Shown here piece after piece: positions 48,455 through 58,176 of a stretch of DNA of 64,000 bases. Where the stretch lies: contig DATCTV010000002.1 of assembly GCA_036567785.1 (NCBI GenBank), forward strand, positions 23,038 through 87,037. Direction: 5' to 3'. This DNA comes from Desulfomonilia bacterium. GTDB lineage: Bacteria; Desulfobacterota; Desulfomonilia; UBA1062. Each line of letters opens with the position of its first letter. The first letter of the stretch is position 1. Position numbers and translations under genes: made by a program. Under the pieces are notes generated by a model that had not been told where the DNA came from, did not search any database, and saw only the letters and a program-made list of their open reading frames with translations.

Positions 48455-48528
48455 AGACCGGGCCTGCAGCAGTCTGCAGCCGGTATATTTTAATTAATAA
48501 AAATTTATTTTAAATGGAGGGGTGAAGT

Positions 48529-50163
48529 ATGAACATGTTCGGCAGATTTACAGTTAATGCGATTTTATTTGCGGTATTTTTAATTCCTTCTGCGGCTTAT
48601 CCGGCAAAATCCAAGTTCTCCATCTGGACAAAAGAAGAGATTTCAGCTCTGCCTGAAAGCTTCTTAACAGCTCAAAAAAATACTGAAAGGCAATGGAATT
48701 CATACAGGGACTCCATATCAAAGGCATACAAGTCGGAATACGGCAACGATATCAACAGCGGGTTTGACCTCTTTCTCAAAGAACAGGGCCTGCCTAAAAT
48801 GGCGAATTCGAATGTATTGGAGTCAAAGAACCTGGGCCGTCCTACCGATATCGTATGGATTGAAGGGAAGCAGGCAAAGGCATTTTCCGGCCAGCCTGTA
48901 TTTTCTTTGAAGATCCTTTCCTTCAGGGAAAACAGGCTTCACATAATCCCGGCTGACATCATCGAATTCACAAAAGACGGAAAAATTGTGCTTCCATTCG
49001 GTCCGGAAGCCAACATGAAGGATGCCGACGGGGTCTTGAGCGATAATGACAGGATATTCTTTATGGCAATGGATGCAGGCCACCGTATAAACCGGGATAT
49101 CATAACATCCGCATACAGAAATATCGGGGCAATCCAGGAAATCGAGATATCTTCACCTTCCGAAAAGGAAAAAGCCTGGGTATATCTCGTCTCGTTTACA
49201 TCCGATATACCGAAATGCGGTTTTGACCTTGTCAGCCTTTTCCCTGATGCATCAGTAATTTACACCCCGTACATGTTCATTCAGGCAAGACCTCAGAAGA
49301 ACGGCGGCAGGATATACCCCACAGTCAATGTATGTTCATGGCTTATAAGCCCCGAGGCGGGCGGCACGATGGCAGATGTGCATAACAGGTTTTATATCAA
49401 TATTGCCATGGCATACCGCATGGGAATAACCAAAACGCAGGATCAGGATGCATTCGATCTGAGATGGCGCGCCTGGTATGACGGACAGGTAATAGGCATG
49501 ATACGCGTCTCCTGGAAGCTTTCCACACCACTAGGAATCGGCGCCCCCACGATTTTTACCGATGTCCTTATCACTCCTTTTACATTGCGCGACGAGAACT
49601 TCATTGCAACCCCCTTTGATCCTGGAATAATAATTAAAACCTATACGCAAAGCATTGGTGAAGACCTTAACCGCACAGTGCTCTCTCCCGACTCCAGGCC
49701 TGCCCTCATACTGACATCCGCGAATAAAAAAGGCTGTGCAGTCGAAGGAAAGATGAAGTCTTCCGAGGTCATTGAAGAGAAGAAGGGGACGAAAAGCTAT
49801 CTCTGGCATGCCCTGACCTCCCAGTTCGGATCGATGTGCGTTATCAGCGGCCTCAATCCTTTTCTTTCCGAATATGCGAAATTCAGGCTTGAATATTTCG
49901 ACGGTGCAAACAATCCCGGAAGATATATGTACGATCTTGAGCTTTCAAATTTCAAGAACCGCCAGGAAAACATGTATATCGAGTGGAATGTGCTGCCGTT
50001 CTTTAATGAAAACAACAAGCTTGATATGAAAATGCTTGACCTGGTGCTCAAGCATGCCGGCAACCCCCTGAGCATAAAAACCGGCATGGAGCAGCCGGTT
50101 CAGCTGCCCCAATTTACCCATATACCCAATATAAAGAATGAGATGAAAAACTATAAGTACTAG
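48529..50163 (+). CDS. Hypothetical secreted protein (544 aa)
   Basis: RBS GGAGGGG, ATG at 48529. Signal peptide 'ILFAVFLIPSAAYPA'. No recognised domain. Confidence 0.5.
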   Translation: MNMFGRFTVNAILFAVFLIPSAAYPAKSKFSIWTKEEISALPESFLTAQKNTERQWNSYRDSISKAYKSEYGNDINSGFDLFLKEQGLPKMANSNVLESKNLGRPTDIVWIEGKQAKAFSGQPVFSLKILSFRENRLHIIPADIIEFTKDGKIVLPFGPEANMKDADGVLSDNDRIFFMAMDAGHRINRDIITSAYRNIGAIQEIEISSPSEKEKAWVYLVSFTSDIPKCGFDLVSLFPDASVIYTPYMFIQARPQKNGGRIYPTVNVCSWLISPEAGGTMADVHNRFYINIAMAYRMGITKTQDQDAFDLRWRAWYDGQVIGMIRVSWKLSTPLGIGAPTIFTDVLITPFTLRDENFIATPFDPGIIIKTYTQSIGEDLNRTVLSPDSRPALILTSANKKGCAVEGKMKSSEVIEEKKGTKSYLWHALTSQFGSMCVISGLNPFLSEYAKFRLEYFDGANNPGRYMYDLELSNFKNRQENMYIEWNVLPFFNENNKLDMKMLDLVLKHAGNPLSIKTGMEQPVQLPQFTHIPNIKNEMKNYKY

Positions 50164-50172
50164 GAAACATAT

Positions 50173-51375
50173 ATGGACATTAAAGACCTGATTACGAATC
50201 TTGAAGACTGGAAGATGAGCTGCCTGATAGAAACAACCTCCGAATTCGGCGCATCTGCCGCGGTCATGTACAGATTCGACAATGATATGTTTGTGTTCGA
50301 AATGGGCTGGCCTAGAGACCTGCCTGACTTTCTTCTCAAGCTCGACATTTCCCGTTCGCACCCCAGGGCCCTTGAAAAGCTGAAAACCAATTTTCCCTAT
50401 GCGGAAAGCATCGATATGTACCCTCACGATTTGAAGGAGATTCTCTTTTCAAACGGAACGAAGGAGATGCTTTTCACTCCGATCTTCATCAATAACAGGC
50501 TCTGGGGATGCCTTTGCATCATATATAAGGAAAACCGGCTGCACATCAATCATATCCCTGCAGCAACCGTGATAGCGGACAGGATTGCAAGACAGTTTAA
50601 CCTTTACGATCTTGCTCATAAATCGAAAGAAGCTGATGACAGACTGAGAACCTTTCTTGAACTGATCGGAGAGGCCTATTGCACAATCAATGAAGACGGC
50701 ATCATAACCAGTATCGCCGACAATATTGCACATTTCAATGATATGAAAAAGGAGGATATGGTCGGACAGAACTTCCTTAACTTCATTCATCCGGAAGACC
50801 ATTCACGGATATTGAAGATAGTTGACATGTCAAAGCTCGGCAAAATAAACACGGAAGGCAGACTTCGGATCAGAGGCGGCAACTGGATATGGTGCAAGGC
50901 GTACTTCATGCCCATATTCGAGACCTGTGACGGCAACAAGATTTTCAGGGGTAACATCATAGTGATGATTTATATCCACGATCTCAAGACCCAGATTCTT
51001 GAGATGACCTCATCCCTTAATGAATATGAAGCATTCTTTACAAATATGGAGGCGGCCTTTATGTTCCTGGATCAGGATTATAATATCTTCAAGGCCTCAC
51101 CCCAATGTTCGCGGCTGATCGGTTATGAACAGGCTTATATTCTTGGAAAATGCATGAAGGATATAATCCACCCTGAAGACATCGATAAACTTCCTGTGTT
51201 TTCAGACGAAACATCCTACAGGTTCATTGTTCCAGGCGGATGCCGGCTCCTTATGAATGACGGGACATACAGGCCGTTTTTATGTGAATTCGGACCATGT
51301 TCTATCGGAACGGGCGGCATAGTATATCCGCTCATTATCAAGAAGACAGGTGCAACACAGGGAAATGGAACATGA
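50173..51375 (+). CDS. PAS/GAF-like sensor-domain protein without recognisable output domain
   Basis: ATG at 50173. The internal repeats are PAS-like ('INEDGIITSIADNIAHFNDMKKEDMVGQNFLNFIHPED', 'IGYEQAYILGKCMKDIIHPEDI'). Tentative. Confidence 0.45.
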   Translation: MDIKDLITNLEDWKMSCLIETTSEFGASAAVMYRFDNDMFVFEMGWPRDLPDFLLKLDISRSHPRALEKLKTNFPYAESIDMYPHDLKEILFSNGTKEMLFTPIFINNRLWGCLCIIYKENRLHINHIPAATVIADRIARQFNLYDLAHKSKEADDRLRTFLELIGEAYCTINEDGIITSIADNIAHFNDMKKEDMVGQNFLNFIHPEDHSRILKIVDMSKLGKINTEGRLRIRGGNWIWCKAYFMPIFETCDGNKIFRGNIIVMIYIHDLKTQILEMTSSLNEYEAFFTNMEAAFMFLDQDYNIFKASPQCSRLIGYEQAYILGKCMKDIIHPEDIDKLPVFSDETSYRFIVPGGCRLLMNDGTYRPFLCEFGPCSIGTGGIVYPLIIKKTGATQGNGT

Positions 51376-51483
51376 TGCATTCATCATGAATGTGCATCAC
51401 CATGACCCCGATTCCGGATACTCCCGTTACAATACCTGATAAAATAAGCCTTGAATTTTTGATATTCTGATATATCTGAAGGC

Positions 51484-52137
51484 ATGGAAAGAAAATTCCA
51501 CAAGGTCACGTTTGACAGAATACCCGAGGAAAAGCGCGAGCGCATACTGGCCGCTTCGCTTATTGAATTTGCGGCTAACGGATTCAAAGGCACAAATGTC
51601 AGCACCATAGCCAGAGCGGCAGGCATAAGCATAGGCGCGGTTTACAAGTATTTCCCGTCAAAGGAAGACCTCTTCATGACCGTTATCGATTACGGTTATC
51701 AGGACCTCGATAAAGTGCTCCTTGAGATCGTAGGCCATGAAGGCGACATCTTTGATAAAATTGAACGCATCCTAAGGGCCGCAATAAATTATTCAAGGGA
51801 AAAGCCCCAGGTGATACAGGTTTATCTGCACTGTACAACCGAAGGGCTGCCGGAGCTCGCCAAAAAAATGTCCCAGAAGATAGAAACCATATCCGCCAGA
51901 TATTACAGAGAGCTTGTCGCAGAGGCTTCCCGAAGCGGGGTCATAGCACCAGATATCGATGAAGGGGCCGCAGCCTTTTTCCTTGACAGCCTGTTTCTTA
52001 TCTTCCAGTTTTCCTATGCCTGTACATACTATAACGAGCGCATGCAGATCTTTGCAGGCCTCAGCGCCGATGACGACGAAACCATGATAAGCCGCTTCAT
52101 GCAGTTCGTAAAAAAAGGCCTTGGCGCGAAGTTTTGA
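51484..52137 (+). CDS. TetR-family transcriptional regulator
   Basis: ATG at 51484. HTH 'RILAASLIEFAANGFKGTNVSTIARAAGISIGAVYKYFPSKEDLF'. Confidence 0.75.
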   Translation: MERKFHKVTFDRIPEEKRERILAASLIEFAANGFKGTNVSTIARAAGISIGAVYKYFPSKEDLFMTVIDYGYQDLDKVLLEIVGHEGDIFDKIERILRAAINYSREKPQVIQVYLHCTTEGLPELAKKMSQKIETISARYYRELVAEASRSGVIAPDIDEGAAAFFLDSLFLIFQFSYACTYYNERMQIFAGLSADDDETMISRFMQFVKKGLGAKF

Positions 52138-52265
52138 ATATCCTTGTTTCAGCCGACCTGGACAATATGGCAACTGATATAGTCATTCGTACGACACTTT
52201 CTTTAATGGAAATTTCTGAATATTTTCTGGGTTCAGCAAGAATTTTTAAATTATAATTTTTCCGG

Positions 52266-53156
52266 TCAGGGTTTAACTGCCATAATCTTTAACCTGTGGC
52301 CCAGCAATGTATGTCTTACAACCCGATCTGTTACCTTCTCAATAGGCTTTATAATCTTATCTTGAAGCAGTTCAAACTTTGTCCTGTCTTTGTTATGATG
52401 CTTCGGAGCCAAATGAGTTCCTTTTGTCTGTATACTTATGATTTCAAAACCGGCTTCATTAAGCATTCTCTTTAGGGTCTCAGGCGAAAAAAGGTATATA
52501 TGGTCATCCCCTCCGAAATATTGCCATTTTTTACCGCACATCTTCACCGAGATTGAATCGATATTCGGTGTGGACAGGACAAACAGCCCTCCAGGCCTAA
52601 GAATTCTGAAGATTTCTGAAACAACACGTTTCGGATCGGACAGATGCTCAATGACATTATTGAGTCTTGCTACATCAAAATGATTTTCCTGCAGATAGGT
52701 ATCCTCGACAGGCTTGGTATGAACAGGGAAAAATTTACGGGCGTATTCTGCAATGGTTTCAACTATTTCAATCCCTTCGGGGTAATTCCAGCCTGTATCT
52801 CTTGCTGCTTTGAGAAATCCACCTGTTCCGCATCCGATATCGATGATATGCCCTTTTGTTTTATATTTCAGATATCCTCTGGCTTCCCTTTGAAGTCTGA
52901 GCATTCTTTTGCCGGAGTAATCAATTTGCGCAGTTTCATTAATCCCGTCATGCTCGCTGATGAAATTATTCCCAATTATGTTCTGGTTATTGATTATATC
53001 ATCAAGCCTGGGATTAACGTAAACCAGCCCGCAGATTTTACACTTTACATGACTGAACCCGTCTTTTTCAAAAACAAGCTCAGTATTGTCAGCCCCACAT
53101 AGATTGCACCTGACATATGACATGTTTGATTCAGACTCTTTGTTATGTAAATCCAT
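52266..53156 (-). CDS. Class I SAM-dependent methyltransferase with N-terminal zinc-ribbon
   Basis: 'CNLCGADN...CKICGLVY' is a 4-Cys ribbon. 'IIDIGCGTGGFLKAARD' is motif I; 'LRPGGLFVLSTPN' is motif III. Confidence 0.7.
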   Translation of the reverse strand: MDLHNKESESNMSYVRCNLCGADNTELVFEKDGFSHVKCKICGLVYVNPRLDDIINNQNIIGNNFISEHDGINETAQIDYSGKRMLRLQREARGYLKYKTKGHIIDIGCGTGGFLKAARDTGWNYPEGIEIVETIAEYARKFFPVHTKPVEDTYLQENHFDVARLNNVIEHLSDPKRVVSEIFRILRPGGLFVLSTPNIDSISVKMCGKKWQYFGGDDHIYLFSPETLKRMLNEAGFEIISIQTKGTHLAPKHHNKDRTKFELLQDKIIKPIEKVTDRVVRHTLLGHRLKIMAVKP

Positions 53157-53342
53157 TTAGTATCTATCCTTTATTGAATTAATTTGATTATAATAATTAT
53201 GATCAATAGTATTAATTTCTTAACACTTATCTCATTGAAAATATACCTAATTATAAAAAGGGATTGGCTTCTATATGTTAAAAAAGAAGCCAATCCTCAA
53301 AATCTTTAAAAAATATTTGTTGAAAAAACTTTAATACAAATA

Positions 53343-54548
53343 CTAGTATTCCTTGATAGGATTACACTTTAACAAATGTCCAGCGTTATCAACATAAGAA
53401 CTATGCCCTGTACCTCCTGCAAAGCCTGTAATAACGTTTCCTGGTGGACAACATATTGTTTGAAATATATTAGCATTGGTGTCAATGATAGTAGAATTTT
53501 CATAATCAATATAAAGATTATAGTTTGATGTGAAATACCTTGATAGTATATCGTGTGGTAAATTGTACCAACGACTGTGACCAAAACCACCAGACAAGCC
53601 AATCATAACATAATTATAAGGCACAAGAGTAAGATCCCATGTATCAACGCCAGTACTTTGTCTATAGGGATCATATTTGAGAGATATGTTTATATCAGGT
53701 CTGTTAGGTGATACTATTTTACAGCATTTAATTTTATGTGGAGAATTATCTCCATCACAATGCCCCATTCCTTGTCTGATTCCTGATAGAACATATCCAT
53801 CAGGACACTTGGTCATTTCATCTGTATCAACCCCAGTATCAATCTCAACACAATCAGAATATACAAAATCAGGTTGAGGTGTCTTGATAAAAATCTCAGA
53901 CTGACCTCCTGTCCATTTTAATGATAAACGAGGATTCTTGGTGGGGTCCATTGGTGTTTTCCAAATTACTTCACCAAGACTTACTGTTACATTGTAGGGT
54001 TTTATTGTAATTCCCAAATGTGGGAATATGATTTTATCGTCTTGCACAATTGATGCTTTCATATCATCCTTATGTTGAGCATCATACAAATCAAAATTAA
54101 AACCTTGAAATTTTACAGGGTTAGGATATGCATATGGAATAACTGTATCAGGTTCTGTTAAACAAATCCATGGTTTTATTTCAGGAGGGTCGCAACGATT
54201 AGGAAATCGATTGTATCTTATTAGCTGTACTTGTTGTTTTGTCCTTTCTGCAACAAAATCAACAGAACACATAAATTCCATGCCTACAGCCATTGTTGTT
54301 TCATTCAATAATTTCCTTAAATCTTCTGCAATTTGTTTAGATAATGTGGTTCCCATTTTTTCAAATCGATCAATAGCTTTAATCAAAGTATCTTCCCATT
54401 GATCAGGCCATCTATCAAGAGTAGCAATAAGATCATTTAATGCATCCAACTCCCCGCATGCTGTTAATGAAAATCCTGTTACAATAACCATTGAAACAAT
54501 AATAAACTTTGAAATTCCAGATTTAATTTTATTCAAACTCAACATCAT
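53343..54548 (-). CDS. Hypothetical lipoprotein with three internal 'G-x-G-H-S/C' repeats, in a low-GC islet
   Basis: Lipobox 'FSLTACGE'. The repeats are 'YVLSGIRQGMGHCDGDN', 'YVMIGLSGGFGHSRWYN', 'NVITGFAGGTGHSSYVDN'. GC is clearly lower than the flanking sequence, and the flanking intergenic regions are extremely AT-rich. Confidence 0.5.
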   Translation of the reverse strand: MMLSLNKIKSGISKFIIVSMVIVTGFSLTACGELDALNDLIATLDRWPDQWEDTLIKAIDRFEKMGTTLSKQIAEDLRKLLNETTMAVGMEFMCSVDFVAERTKQQVQLIRYNRFPNRCDPPEIKPWICLTEPDTVIPYAYPNPVKFQGFNFDLYDAQHKDDMKASIVQDDKIIFPHLGITIKPYNVTVSLGEVIWKTPMDPTKNPRLSLKWTGGQSEIFIKTPQPDFVYSDCVEIDTGVDTDEMTKCPDGYVLSGIRQGMGHCDGDNSPHKIKCCKIVSPNRPDINISLKYDPYRQSTGVDTWDLTLVPYNYVMIGLSGGFGHSRWYNLPHDILSRYFTSNYNLYIDYENSTIIDTNANIFQTICCPPGNVITGFAGGTGHSSYVDNAGHLLKCNPIKEY

Positions 54549-54698
54549 ATGAAACCTCCTTAATTATATTTTATTTTATATCATAATATTAATAACATAT
54601 AATTATTTTTTATTCTATGCTAAAATCAATTAAAAGATTTATTTCTAAACATATTTATCTATCTGGTTTTAAATCTATGAACCTAACAATAAACCAGC

Positions 54699-55718
54699 CT
54701 ACCAATCTTTTACGATTACGCCTATTCCCAGGCTGTTGTCGAAATGGTCATAATCGATCAGGCTCTGACCATATCCGGCAAAGTATTGCACATAGCCGTT
54801 TATGGAGTGAACCAGTGGAAAACTCAGATCCAGTTCGAGGCCGCTTCTGTTGTCATTAAGCTTCAGGTTGTTGCGAAACATGAGACCGACGGCCCAGTCT
54901 TTGTAGTGATAACCCATAACTATCTCGCCATGCCCCAGATAGTCGATTATGTCGGGATTGTCGTCATCGTCTTCATTCTCTGGAATACGCAGCCATGTTT
55001 TGAGCACCAGGTCGAAAGGCCCGCGTTCGAATCCGAAATTGGCGACTATGCGGTTCCAGCTTCTGGAAAGAGACCCGCCCAGCCCGTTGGACTGGTGATC
55101 GAAACCCACCTGGATGAATCTGTTCCTCATGATGCCAAAAATATCCGCATCCATCCTGTAGTTTATTAGAATCTCGGGCTCGTAATTTGTCTCAAGAAAA
55201 GGACATGACTCGCTTGTGTTGTAAAGTTGCCAGAAGCTCAACTGCGTATAGCCGAACCAGAGGTCAGCCTTACTCTTGAACATGCTTTCCCAGAGCTTGA
55301 CCTTGAGGCTCAACTGGAATTTAACCTCTTCGTTCTGCATGTCGAAATTCGGAAAGGCCTTTTTATAGGGTTCGGTGTTCGGATTGAAGTTGTAGTCCAG
55401 AAGGAGAATGTAGTTTGCCCTGTGGGTCATTATTGCAAAGGGATTTTTTCTGCTCTCCTCATCGAGCTGCCATTTTTTCGAGAGATAGCTTATTTGTTTT
55501 TGGGACTCTTGCGTCATGGCTGTTGCTTTCTCACTGTCTGCAGACACCTCCGGCTTGAGCCTGGCTTTTTCATCATAGCAGTTAAGCCTTGCCTTATCAT
55601 CAGTGATTGCCGCACAGGAATCGGGGTTCTCATCAGCCATGACGAGTACCGGCAACCCCGTCACCATAAGCAGGCATGTCAGAAAGATTGTCCTTGAAAG
55701 ATTTTTGCAACGGATCAT
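54699..55718 (-). CDS. pldA: Outer-membrane phospholipase A (OMPLA)
   Basis: ATG (reverse complement) at 55718, with GAGAGGG RBS. Signal peptide present. 'GFDHQSNGLGGSLSRSWNRI' contains the catalytic His-x-Ser-Asn triad motif of PldA. Confidence 0.75.
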   Translation of the reverse strand: MIRCKNLSRTIFLTCLLMVTGLPVLVMADENPDSCAAITDDKARLNCYDEKARLKPEVSADSEKATAMTQESQKQISYLSKKWQLDEESRKNPFAIMTHRANYILLLDYNFNPNTEPYKKAFPNFDMQNEEVKFQLSLKVKLWESMFKSKADLWFGYTQLSFWQLYNTSESCPFLETNYEPEILINYRMDADIFGIMRNRFIQVGFDHQSNGLGGSLSRSWNRIVANFGFERGPFDLVLKTWLRIPENEDDDDNPDIIDYLGHGEIVMGYHYKDWAVGLMFRNNLKLNDNRSGLELDLSFPLVHSINGYVQYFAGYGQSLIDYDHFDNSLGIGVIVKDW

Positions 55719-55917
55719 TTCGCCCTCTCATCAATCGTCCCTGCAAAAGGAACAGGCTCAAAAATTAATAAAGTAATACCTGTTACCCTGCGTATAACAA
55801 TTCGATTAACAGGCAAAGAGGGGGCTTTTCAAGGTCAATATCAAAAATAGCGGTGACAGAACGAATTTACATCAATCAGAGAAATTACAAACTTTTTAAA
55901 ACAAGGACTGTAAGAAA

Positions 55918-55952
55918 AGTAGCTGGAGACCTTTTTCAGGGTCTCCAGCTAC
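55918..55952 (-). terminator. Rho-independent terminator downstream of the 55964-58063 gene
   Basis: Perfect 14-bp stem AGTAGCTGGAGACC / GGTCTCCAGCTACT with a 7-nt loop. On the minus strand it is followed by TTTTCTT. Sits 12 nt after the stop codon. Confidence 0.65.
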
Positions 55953-55963
55953 TGTTGAACTTT

Positions 55964-58063
55964 CTATAAACCAAATGCGTGACCTGCAGCTTCCTGGCCG
56001 TTATATCTCACCGTAACCGTTCCTGCACCTATAGTCTTGTTGACGACTGGCAGGTTTATATTCGTAAATGTGCCCGCATAATTGCCGGTGAAGGCAAGAT
56101 TCCCTGTAAACGTGCCGTTGAAGCTTGTATTGACTGTACCGGAAACCGTACCGTTAATGATAATCCTCCTGTTTCCAGTACAATCCACCGAGTGTAGCGC
56201 CGTTATGTAGATAAGAGAATCCACATAATTTGTGAATATTACCTTGATGAGCCCGCTCAATCCGCTTAGAGCAACGGTAAAGTGCACATTCCCGTCGCCG
56301 CAGGTATCATAATAGGTTTCGTCCGTACCTATGTTCGGGTTAGGATCCTGTATCATTACCCTTGCAAGAGGCGCACCCGCCGCAAGCTTTGCCACCATGT
56401 AGAATTCCTCGAGAGTGTAATCGATGCGACCCTCGTCATAGCTGCTGAGAATGCTGTTTGTATATGATGGCGATGTGCTGCATGCCTTCACCTTGTAGTA
56501 TTTGAAGTTCTTGAAGTCGTTCATGATCGGACGGGCAATCAGCTCATAGGCATCAATGTTTGCAGCGGTAAGATCGGTCGGCAGGTCGGGCAGAGTTAGC
56601 GTCTCCGTCTGCATATCGTCATAGGTTGTTGTCGGAGCATCCACCGTTCCAATGAGGTTGTATGTGCCTATCGGTGAATCGGCGCGGTAGATCTCATACT
56701 TGCCCGCATTGGCCACGGCATTCCATGTTATCCTCACCCTGTCGTTCAGATTATGGTTAAGGAGCGGGTTCGTAACCGAGGTCAATATGACATCGGAAGC
56801 CTTGACGTTCTGCGGAGCAGGCAATTCCTGGGCGCATACACCGCTTGAAATTATCAGTTGAACGGTTGACCCCGGAGTCACCATCGTACCCGGGGCAGGA
56901 GACTGGCTGATCACACCACCTGCCGGAATACTGTTGCTGCACGTTGAACTTGTGCTGCATACAAAGCCTGCTGCCGTCACATCGTCGCAGCTCGCCGCAT
57001 CAGGTACGGGAACCGTGCAACGGCCGTTCGAGAGGATCAGGTTGACTGTGGAGCCGTATGTTAAACCTGTACCCGGCGGCGGACTGATTCCTATCACTCC
57101 GCCCTGAGGAACTTCGTCGCTGCAATAGAACACCCTGTTGCATATGAGTCCGGCGGCAGTTATTTCCTCGCAGGTTGTTGCGTCAGGAACCGTTGCACCA
57201 CACAATCCGGTTGAAATTGCCAGCTGTATTGTAGAACCGGGAAGCACCATAGCCCCTGCCTCAGGTGACTGGGTTATTACATAGCCTGCCGGCACCGTGT
57301 TGCTGCAGAGCCTGGTCCTGCTGCATACGAATCCGGCTTCCTCGACATCATCACAGCTTGTTACTATCGGGACCGGCTTCTCTATGGTGCAGGGACCCGT
57401 CGAGATCAGAAGACTCACGGTGGTGCCGGGCTGAACCATGGTACCTGCTGGTGGAGACTGCCTGATCACGATTCCTGCAGGAATCGACGGACTGCAGCTC
57501 TGCTGGATCTCGCAAACAAGTCCGGCGGCAGTTATGTCCGAACATCCGATGGCGGCAGGCACCTCAACCTCGTTCGAGCAGATGCCGCTCGAAATGGTGA
57601 GAGTCACTGTTGCTCCCGCAGGCGCGTAAATCCCTGCTTTTGGCGACTGGCTGATCACGGTCCCCTTAGGATAAGTATCGCTGCAGTTCTGCACCTTGGA
57701 GCAGACAAGGCCTGCGTTTACTATATCGTCGCAGTTATTGGCGGCCGGAACTACAGAGGGAGGCAGTTTCACGATGACCTTCCATGTTCGTTCTGCATTT
57801 ACCACAAAAATTGACTTCACCTTGATTTCGTATGTGCCCAGACCGTAATCCATGCTGTTGAATGTAAATACGGCCTGAGTCGCGCCGGATACCGGTGCAT
57901 CGTTCACATACCACTGGTAGGTCCCAAGGCCTTTCACATTGAACGTCTGGGTACTTCCCCATGTAAGCGGGATATTGCCCTCGGGCGGCGAGGACGAGAA
58001 TATGCACCCGGCCAAAAGAACCAGCGGCATCATGATCAGAATGAGCTTCATGTTTCGCTGCAT
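55964..58063 (-). CDS. Surface lipoprotein: N-terminal Ig-like module, five Cys-rich PASTA-like repeats, Fn3-like domain, C-terminal beta domain
   Basis: The true start is the ATG (reverse complement) at 58063, 7 nt after AAGGAG; the track's 23 aa further upstream lack an RBS. Lipobox 'LLAGC'. Five repeats of about 62 aa each, e.g. 'C..I..AGLVC.....CS...P.G.VI.QSP.AG..V.PG.TV.L.IS.G.C', match the PASTA consensus tail. 'RVRITWNAVANAGKYEIYRA' is Fn3-like. Confidence 0.6.
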   Translation of the reverse strand: MQRNMKLILIMMPLVLLAGCIFSSSPPEGNIPLTWGSTQTFNVKGLGTYQWYVNDAPVSGATQAVFTFNSMDYGLGTYEIKVKSIFVVNAERTWKVIVKLPPSVVPAANNCDDIVNAGLVCSKVQNCSDTYPKGTVISQSPKAGIYAPAGATVTLTISSGICSNEVEVPAAIGCSDITAAGLVCEIQQSCSPSIPAGIVIRQSPPAGTMVQPGTTVSLLISTGPCTIEKPVPIVTSCDDVEEAGFVCSRTRLCSNTVPAGYVITQSPEAGAMVLPGSTIQLAISTGLCGATVPDATTCEEITAAGLICNRVFYCSDEVPQGGVIGISPPPGTGLTYGSTVNLILSNGRCTVPVPDAASCDDVTAAGFVCSTSSTCSNSIPAGGVISQSPAPGTMVTPGSTVQLIISSGVCAQELPAPQNVKASDVILTSVTNPLLNHNLNDRVRITWNAVANAGKYEIYRADSPIGTYNLIGTVDAPTTTYDDMQTETLTLPDLPTDLTAANIDAYELIARPIMNDFKNFKYYKVKACSTSPSYTNSILSSYDEGRIDYTLEEFYMVAKLAAGAPLARVMIQDPNPNIGTDETYYDTCGDGNVHFTVALSGLSGLIKVIFTNYVDSLIYITALHSVDCTGNRRIIINGTVSGTVNTSFNGTFTGNLAFTGNYAGTFTNINLPVVNKTIGAGTVTVRYNGQEAAGHAFGL
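56824..57757 (-). repeat. Five tandem PASTA-like coding repeats, about 186 bp each
   Basis: Periodic protein repeats with conserved Cys positions and a 'G.VI.QSP.AG' core. Confidence 0.5.
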
Positions 58064-58176
58064 ATCATGTCTCCTTTTAATGATGATCTTTATTATCCCG
58101 GGGCTTTTCCGACGCCCCTCACATTGCCTCAAACATCAGGGAAGGAGTATTCATCCCTCCCTGATAACTCATATTA

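Noticed and set aside
48455-48480. GGCCTGCAGCAGTCTGCAGCCGG looked like a terminator hairpin
   Set aside because: When written out, the two CTGCAG blocks are each self-palindromic but the arms are not complementary to each other, and no T-tract follows.
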